This document shows, piece by piece, positions 59,709 to 64,000 of a stretch of DNA of 64,000 bases; position 1 is the stretch's first letter, and each line of letters opens with the position of its first letter. The position numbers and the translations under genes were made by a program. The notes beneath the pieces are model-generated. The model did not search any database. It had not been told where the DNA came from and saw only the letters and a program-made list of their open reading frames with translations. The stretch comes from Armatimonadota bacterium (GTDB lineage Bacteria; Cloacimonadota; Cloacimonadia; Cloacimonadales; TCS61), in NCBI GenBank assembly GCA_013203665.1, contig JABMPU010000066.1, positions 10,206 through 74,205 of the forward strand, given 5' to 3'.

Positions 59709-60859
59709 AATTTAGCTAAATTAAATCTTTTCAGTTTTGTTTGCATTGCTCTCGGATTTCCCACATATTTTCCCAATTCGCTCCAGAATTCCTCTTGATG
59801 GTTTTTTATTTTCGTGTGAACCAATTCATGTAAAATCACATATTCTATGAGTTCTTCAGGAAGGCTTACCAGTTTTACGTTCAGGCTGATATTGTTCTTA
59901 GCTGAGCAACTACCCCACCTTGTTTTTTGAGAACGAAAAGATAAACGATTATACTGGAAACCATATTTACGGGAAAAATCATTTACTTTATTTTCCAACA
60001 TTATTTCAGCGTTAATTGTATTTTTCAAATTATCATCGGAATTTTTGGATGTAAATTTATTTCTCTCATCGATTTTTTTCAAATGTTTTTTTATCCAATT
60101 TGTTTTGGATTGAATAAATTCATTAGCTGTTTTGGAAGTAATATTTTTTGGAATTGTAACAAATATTTCTCCGGAACTTTTAATGGTAATACGCAAATGT
60201 TTTACTTTCGTGTTTTTCCTGAACTCAATGTATCCAATATCCTTAAAATGCTTCTTAAAAGCTTCCGGTTTCACCTCATTTCTATCTAACCATTTATCAA
60301 TTCTTGGTGCTTCGTAGTTTTCAAAAAGTTTCAAAAGTTCGCTTGCAGACCTGCTGACCTGTATCATATTTCTGTGTTCTCTTCTGACGAATCTCTGTTC
60401 AACGGAAGAATCCAAAAAACTAAGTAATTTATCATAATACCCGGAGATATTCAAAAATCCAAAAGGTTTGTTATGAATTCCTATTTGTGCCCAAGTGATG
60501 ATTTCCAATATTTCCTCGAAAGTACCTAAACCACCGGGCAGAGCAATGAATGCATCTGAGAGTTCGAACATTTTTGCTTTACGCTCGTGCAGTGTTTCTA
60601 CAATTATAATATTATCAAGTTTGGGATGTTCTACCTTTCCAACAAAAACTTTGGGCATCACACCAATTGCACTACCACCTGCATTAATAACCGATTCTGC
60701 CACTATTCCCATCAAACCGAGATTAGAAGCTCCGTAAATCAACTGAATGTTATTTTTGACAATTATTCTCCCAAGCTCTTCAGCAGCTTTTTTATATACA
60801 GGTTTAGCGCCGGGACTGGAACCACAAAAAACACTAATCGTTTTTATCTTTCTGTTCAA
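59705..60859 (-). CDS. LOG-family (TIGR00730-like) nucleotide phosphoribohydrolase fused to a YgjP/DUF45 zincin domain
   Basis: N-terminal VFCGS, GLMG, HERK, PGGLGTFEE; C-terminal QKTRWGSCS, YVILHELVH...NH...FW. Confidence 0.88.
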   Translation of the reverse strand: MNRKIKTISVFCGSSPGAKPVYKKAAEELGRIIVKNNIQLIYGASNLGLMGIVAESVINAGGSAIGVMPKVFVGKVEHPKLDNIIIVETLHERKAKMFELSDAFIALPGGLGTFEEILEIITWAQIGIHNKPFGFLNISGYYDKLLSFLDSSVEQRFVRREHRNMIQVSRSASELLKLFENYEAPRIDKWLDRNEVKPEAFKKHFKDIGYIEFRKNTKVKHLRITIKSSGEIFVTIPKNITSKTANEFIQSKTNWIKKHLKKIDERNKFTSKNSDDNLKNTINAEIMLENKVNDFSRKYGFQYNRLSFRSQKTRWGSCSAKNNISLNVKLVSLPEELIEYVILHELVHTKIKNHQEEFWSELGKYVGNPRAMQTKLKRFNLAKL

Positions 60860-61079
60860 TATTGTTCTCTTTAGTTTGTTGATGGTTCTTCAGAAATTTA
60901 TCAACAATAGGCGATAAAAGCATAAAACCGATAATCGCTCCTAAAACAACGCTTGACCAAACGTTTGTAGTAAGCGGTCATCCTCCGCTGCGACAACCCA
61001 CGAATTTATAATATATATATCCTAAACCGGAACCTATCAAAACTGTAATAATATACAACAAAATTCTTTGATAATTCAT
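60834..61079 (-). CDS. 81-aa two-TM DUF6132-like protein with in-frame UGA (candidate selenoprotein); not in the ORF track
   Basis: MNYQRILLYIITVLIGSGLGYIYYKFVGCRSGG(U)PLTTNVWSSVVLGAIIGFMLLSPIVDKFLKNHQQTKENNIEQKDKND; TGA at 60980-60978. Confidence 0.75.
60946..60977 (-). promoter_or_regulatory. Candidate bacterial SECIS element
   Basis: Stem AACGUUU/AAGCGUU with GGUC apical loop starting 20 nt after the UGA. Confidence 0.65.
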
Positions 61080-61164
61080 TCTATATCTTTTAATTTTTTT
61101 ATGATACTTCTGGTTACAACCAGCTTTTGTGATAACAGATTAAATGCTCATTTTTTTCTCAACG

Positions 61165-61260
61165 CCCTCTAACTTCCCCTATTTGGCGGGAGAACCTAAC
61201 TTCTTATGCGACAGTCAGTTCCCTTCCCCTTGTTTAGGGGAAGGATTAGGGTTGGGGGTC
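61165..61260. repeat. REP-like CCCTTCCCCT...AGGGGAAGG doublet
   Basis: CTTCCCCTATTTGGCGGGAG; CCTTCCCCTTGTTTAGGGGAAGGATTAGGGTTGGGG. Confidence 0.7.
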
Positions 61261-61660
61261 AATAAGTCTTTCTTTCCAGCATATTTCCAAAGCCAATTGT
61301 AATTATAGGAATTATCAAATAGCTGAATCCAATATCGCTCATATAAACAGAGAAGGTCATTTTTATAGGTCCAAAAGAGAAAAGCAGCAAATCAAAGAAA
61401 AAGCAAATAAAAACCCAGATAATTCCCAGAATAATCCCGATTTGCAAATATCGCTTTTGAATGTGTCTGAGATGTCCTTTTCTTATTTTGCGGAAAAAAC
61501 CCGTAGTCATAACCACAGTTATTAAAGTAATAGTCAGCGGTATAATAGTTTCAAAAAAAGCTAAATTTGTTTCTTTGAGTGGAAATATCAATAATGAAAC
61601 AAAGAAAGGAAACAGCCATACTATAAAACCAAAAAAAATCATTTTCCAGGTCGACCTCAT
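61259..61660 (-). CDS. Hypothetical four-TM membrane protein
   Basis: AGGAG RBS; hydrophobic segments; WLFPF, DLLLF, Y..DIG..YL.IP. Confidence 0.75.
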   Translation of the reverse strand: MRSTWKMIFFGFIVWLFPFFVSLLIFPLKETNLAFFETIIPLTITLITVVMTTGFFRKIRKGHLRHIQKRYLQIGIILGIIWVFICFFFDLLLFSFGPIKMTFSVYMSDIGFSYLIIPIITIGFGNMLERKTY

Positions 61661-61682
61661 TTGAACTCCTTTGAAAATTAAA

Positions 61683-62888
61683 TTACAATGCTTCTCTGAT
61701 GACTTGTGACAGTCTTTTCACACCTTCCAGGTTCTTTTCTTTGGAAACAAATGAAAAATTGATTCTCATTGTGTTCTTGCCACTACCATCACAATGGAAA
61801 ACAGAACCTTTAACAAAAGCTACTTTTTTCTCTATCGCCTTGATGAAAAGTTCTCCCGCATCTAAATGCTCCGGTAAAGTAATGAATAAGAATAATCCAC
61901 CTTCCGGATTTGTCCATGTTACTTGTTCCGGCATATACTTTTCAAAGGCTTTTATCATTACCTCTTTTTTCTCTTTATAATTCTGAATCGTTTTCTTGAG
62001 ATTTTTACTGAAATAACCTTTTTCAATATATTTAGCTGCAATCTTTTGTACAAATGGTGAAGTGCAAAGGTCTGTGGACTGTTTTGCAATAACGAATTTA
62101 TCGATAATATCAGGATGACCGATCATCCAACCAATCCTGAAACCCGGTACAAAAATTTTGGAGAAGGTTCCAAGATTGAGAACATGACCTGTATTATCTA
62201 AAGCATAAAGACTTGTTTGATGTTCACCTTCAAAACGAATTTCTTTATATGGACTATCCTCGATGATAAGAACATCATACCTCTTAGCAATATTTAGGAT
62301 TTCCTTTCTTCTGAAATCCGGTATTGTAACACCTGCTGGATTCTGGAAATCCGGAATTACATAAATAAACTTCGGACTTTCGTTTTTAGCTTTCAGTTCA
62401 GCAAGCGTTTTTTCAATTTTGTCAGAACGCATTCCATATTCATCAAAAGGAATGCCAACCATATCTGCTTGATAAGCATTGAAAGCAGCAAGACCTCCCA
62501 GATAAGAAGGAAGTCCAACCAGTACTTTATCTCCGGGATCAATGAAAACTTTTCCCAGAAGGTCCAAACCCTGTTGTGAAGCTGTGGTAATAAGAACATT
62601 TTCCTTTGTAATATCGAATCCATCATTTTTGTAATTTGCTGCAATCAATTCCCTGAGTTTCGTATCCCCTTCTGTGGCTCCATATTGAAGAGCTATTGCT
62701 CCATTTTCCTCCAGAACTTCTCTTGTTATGTCCGCAAGAACATCAGTAGGAAATGTTTCCGGAGCTGGAAGTCCACCCGCAAAAGAAATAATTTCCGGGT
62801 TTTGAGCTAATTTGAGAAGCTCCCTAATTGCAGACCTTTTCATCCCTTTGGCAGCCATTGAGAAAATCTCTTGTAAATTGCTGATCAT
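61683..62888 (-). CDS. PLP-dependent class I/II aminotransferase (LysN-like), paralog of 51493-52713
   Basis: SAIRELLK, ISFAGGLP, LQYG.TEG, PDFQNPAG, TFSKIFVPGFRIGW, MRINFS. Confidence 0.95.
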   Translation of the reverse strand: MISNLQEIFSMAAKGMKRSAIRELLKLAQNPEIISFAGGLPAPETFPTDVLADITREVLEENGAIALQYGATEGDTKLRELIAANYKNDGFDITKENVLITTASQQGLDLLGKVFIDPGDKVLVGLPSYLGGLAAFNAYQADMVGIPFDEYGMRSDKIEKTLAELKAKNESPKFIYVIPDFQNPAGVTIPDFRRKEILNIAKRYDVLIIEDSPYKEIRFEGEHQTSLYALDNTGHVLNLGTFSKIFVPGFRIGWMIGHPDIIDKFVIAKQSTDLCTSPFVQKIAAKYIEKGYFSKNLKKTIQNYKEKKEVMIKAFEKYMPEQVTWTNPEGGLFLFITLPEHLDAGELFIKAIEKKVAFVKGSVFHCDGSGKNTMRINFSFVSKEKNLEGVKRLSQVIREAL

Positions 62889-62957
62889 TTTTCCTCCGTT
62901 ATATTTTTCTATTTTTTCAATTTTTTTTTATCTTTGATAATATGTCTATAATTAAAA

Positions 62958-63725
62958 CTACAAATTCTTCAAACGCTCAATTTCTTTTCTAATTTCATCG
63001 ATTACTTCTTTATTTTGGATGACTTTTTTATTACCTTCTTTTGCAGAAAAAATATAAAATACTTCCCCTTCATACTTCTTGGTAAATTTTCTATGTGTAT
63101 TTTTTTGAATCTCTTTTTCTTTAAATATCTGAGATAATTGAATTCCTGCATTTATAGGTTTAATTTGTAATCCAATATACATATCTTTAATTCTTATGAA
63201 AAAATCCACATTATAAAGTCTATCCCATTCATCAGGAGCAGGTTCTATTTTGATATTTAAAATAGATTCCAGTTGATCGTAAATTGTTTGAATTTTCTTT
63301 CTAATAGTTTCGTGTGTTACAGTATATTTACGGTCGTCAACAAAATTAAAGGATTTGTTTGTAATAGTTAATTCTTGATATTTTTTATAATCGTCATGTA
63401 AATTATTAGTTTTATTTATTAAGAAATCATAAAATTGTTTACATTCTTTTTCATCTAAATTAATAATTTTTTCTGCAACCTCATTTATAAATTCAATCAA
63501 ATCTTCTGAAATTTCTTCATCCATTGAAATTTTATAATAATCCTCATTGTGTATCCTTTCTTGTAAAACTAATGCACTTAAAGCACAATTATTCATAATG
63601 ATCTCTTTTGCTTCTTCATGTTCAAAATCATTTGATAATAAAAATCTAAAAACTTTATCAAAAGTAAATCTATCATAAATTTCATAGTTTTCTTTAAGAT
63701 AATTTTCTAAAAATATTTCTTTCAT
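62958..63725 (-). CDS. MjaI-family restriction endonuclease-like protein with an atypical N-terminal domain
   Basis: IEPAPDEWDRLYNVDFFI...IGLQIKP (PD..D..QxK), H.KF...Y.G.VF. Confidence 0.7.
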   Translation of the reverse strand: MKEIFLENYLKENYEIYDRFTFDKVFRFLLSNDFEHEEAKEIIMNNCALSALVLQERIHNEDYYKISMDEEISEDLIEFINEVAEKIINLDEKECKQFYDFLINKTNNLHDDYKKYQELTITNKSFNFVDDRKYTVTHETIRKKIQTIYDQLESILNIKIEPAPDEWDRLYNVDFFIRIKDMYIGLQIKPINAGIQLSQIFKEKEIQKNTHRKFTKKYEGEVFYIFSAKEGNKKVIQNKEVIDEIRKEIERLKNL

Positions 63726-64000
63726 TATTCTAAGAACTTAAAACTTAAATTTTGCCTGCTTTTTTTAGCTTGTAAATCAAGACTAAAGATATTATTGACT
63801 TCTATTCCTAAAGGATTTAGAAAGATTCTATCGTATTTTCCATTGGACTTTATTCTATCAACTAATCCTAATTCCATACAAAAATTACAGGTAAAATTAA
63901 GCAGTTCATACATTGTTCTTTTTTTATAAGAAACACCAAACAGACCATTTACCAAATCTAATTTTTGTAGTTCGAATTCCTTAACATTTGGTATCCACTC
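63725..64000 (-). CDS. C-terminal part of a hypothetical protein (frame open to window edge), translationally coupled to the MjaI-like gene
   Basis: EWIPNVKEFELQKLDLVNGLFG...ELGLVDRI...; its stop overlaps the next ATG. Confidence 0.65.
   Translation of the reverse strand, partial: EWIPNVKEFELQKLDLVNGLFGVSYKKRTMYELLNFTCNFCMELGLVDRIKSNGKYDRIFLNPLGIEVNNIFSLDLQAKKSRQNLSFKFLE

Noticed and set aside
60978-60980. Genome-wide UGA reassignment (genetic code 4 or 25)
   Set aside because: Many conserved genes here end at TGA (e.g. folB, batA, batB, dapA-like) and long ORFs are intact under code 11, so this UGA is site-specific

Overview
AT-rich bacterial chromosome segment. Three secreted proteins carry a FlgD-Ig/T9SS-like 'YPNPF...WxGxD...SGxYxY...LLL(K/R)' C-terminal tail, and the metabolism is anaerobic and amino-acid fermenting; together these suggest Candidatus Cloacimonadota or a related FCB lineage (inference). 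In order, the window holds: the 3' end of ppdK; a REP-bounded accessory block (FN3/beta-helix lipoprotein, HEPN-motif protein, unannotated antitoxin plus GNAT toxin); tldD/pmbA; two secreted proteins; a long housekeeping run (der, plsY, purF, rfaE2, rseC-like, folB, folK, GlmU N-half, yhcG, HIT, LytR_C, rsfS, argS, moxR-DUF58-batABCDE, pgsA-like); and minus-strand blocks (FGE-sulfatase lipoprotein, lpoB cluster, VOR/KOR operon, a six-gene homoserine-related cluster, assorted enzymes, an MjaI-like nuclease). Four signals stand out. (1) A co-oriented cluster of an orphan 414-aa protein, a PLP aminotransferase, homoserine dehydrogenase, an aldehyde:ferredoxin oxidoreductase, a DapA-family protein with its whole catalytic triad replaced, and a homoserine kinase, with no aspartokinase or Asd: a candidate new route to or from homoserine/aspartate semialdehyde. 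(2) An unannotated 81-aa membrane protein with an in-frame UGA at a conserved Cys position followed by a SECIS-like hairpin: a candidate selenoprotein. (3) A DGR-type variable-region signature at the 3' end of the FGE-sulfatase lipoprotein. (4) Several 22-68 bp micro-elements inserted inside other REP/MITE repeats, with matching empty sites in the same window. No rRNA, tRNA, CRISPR array, transposase or reverse transcriptase was recognised.
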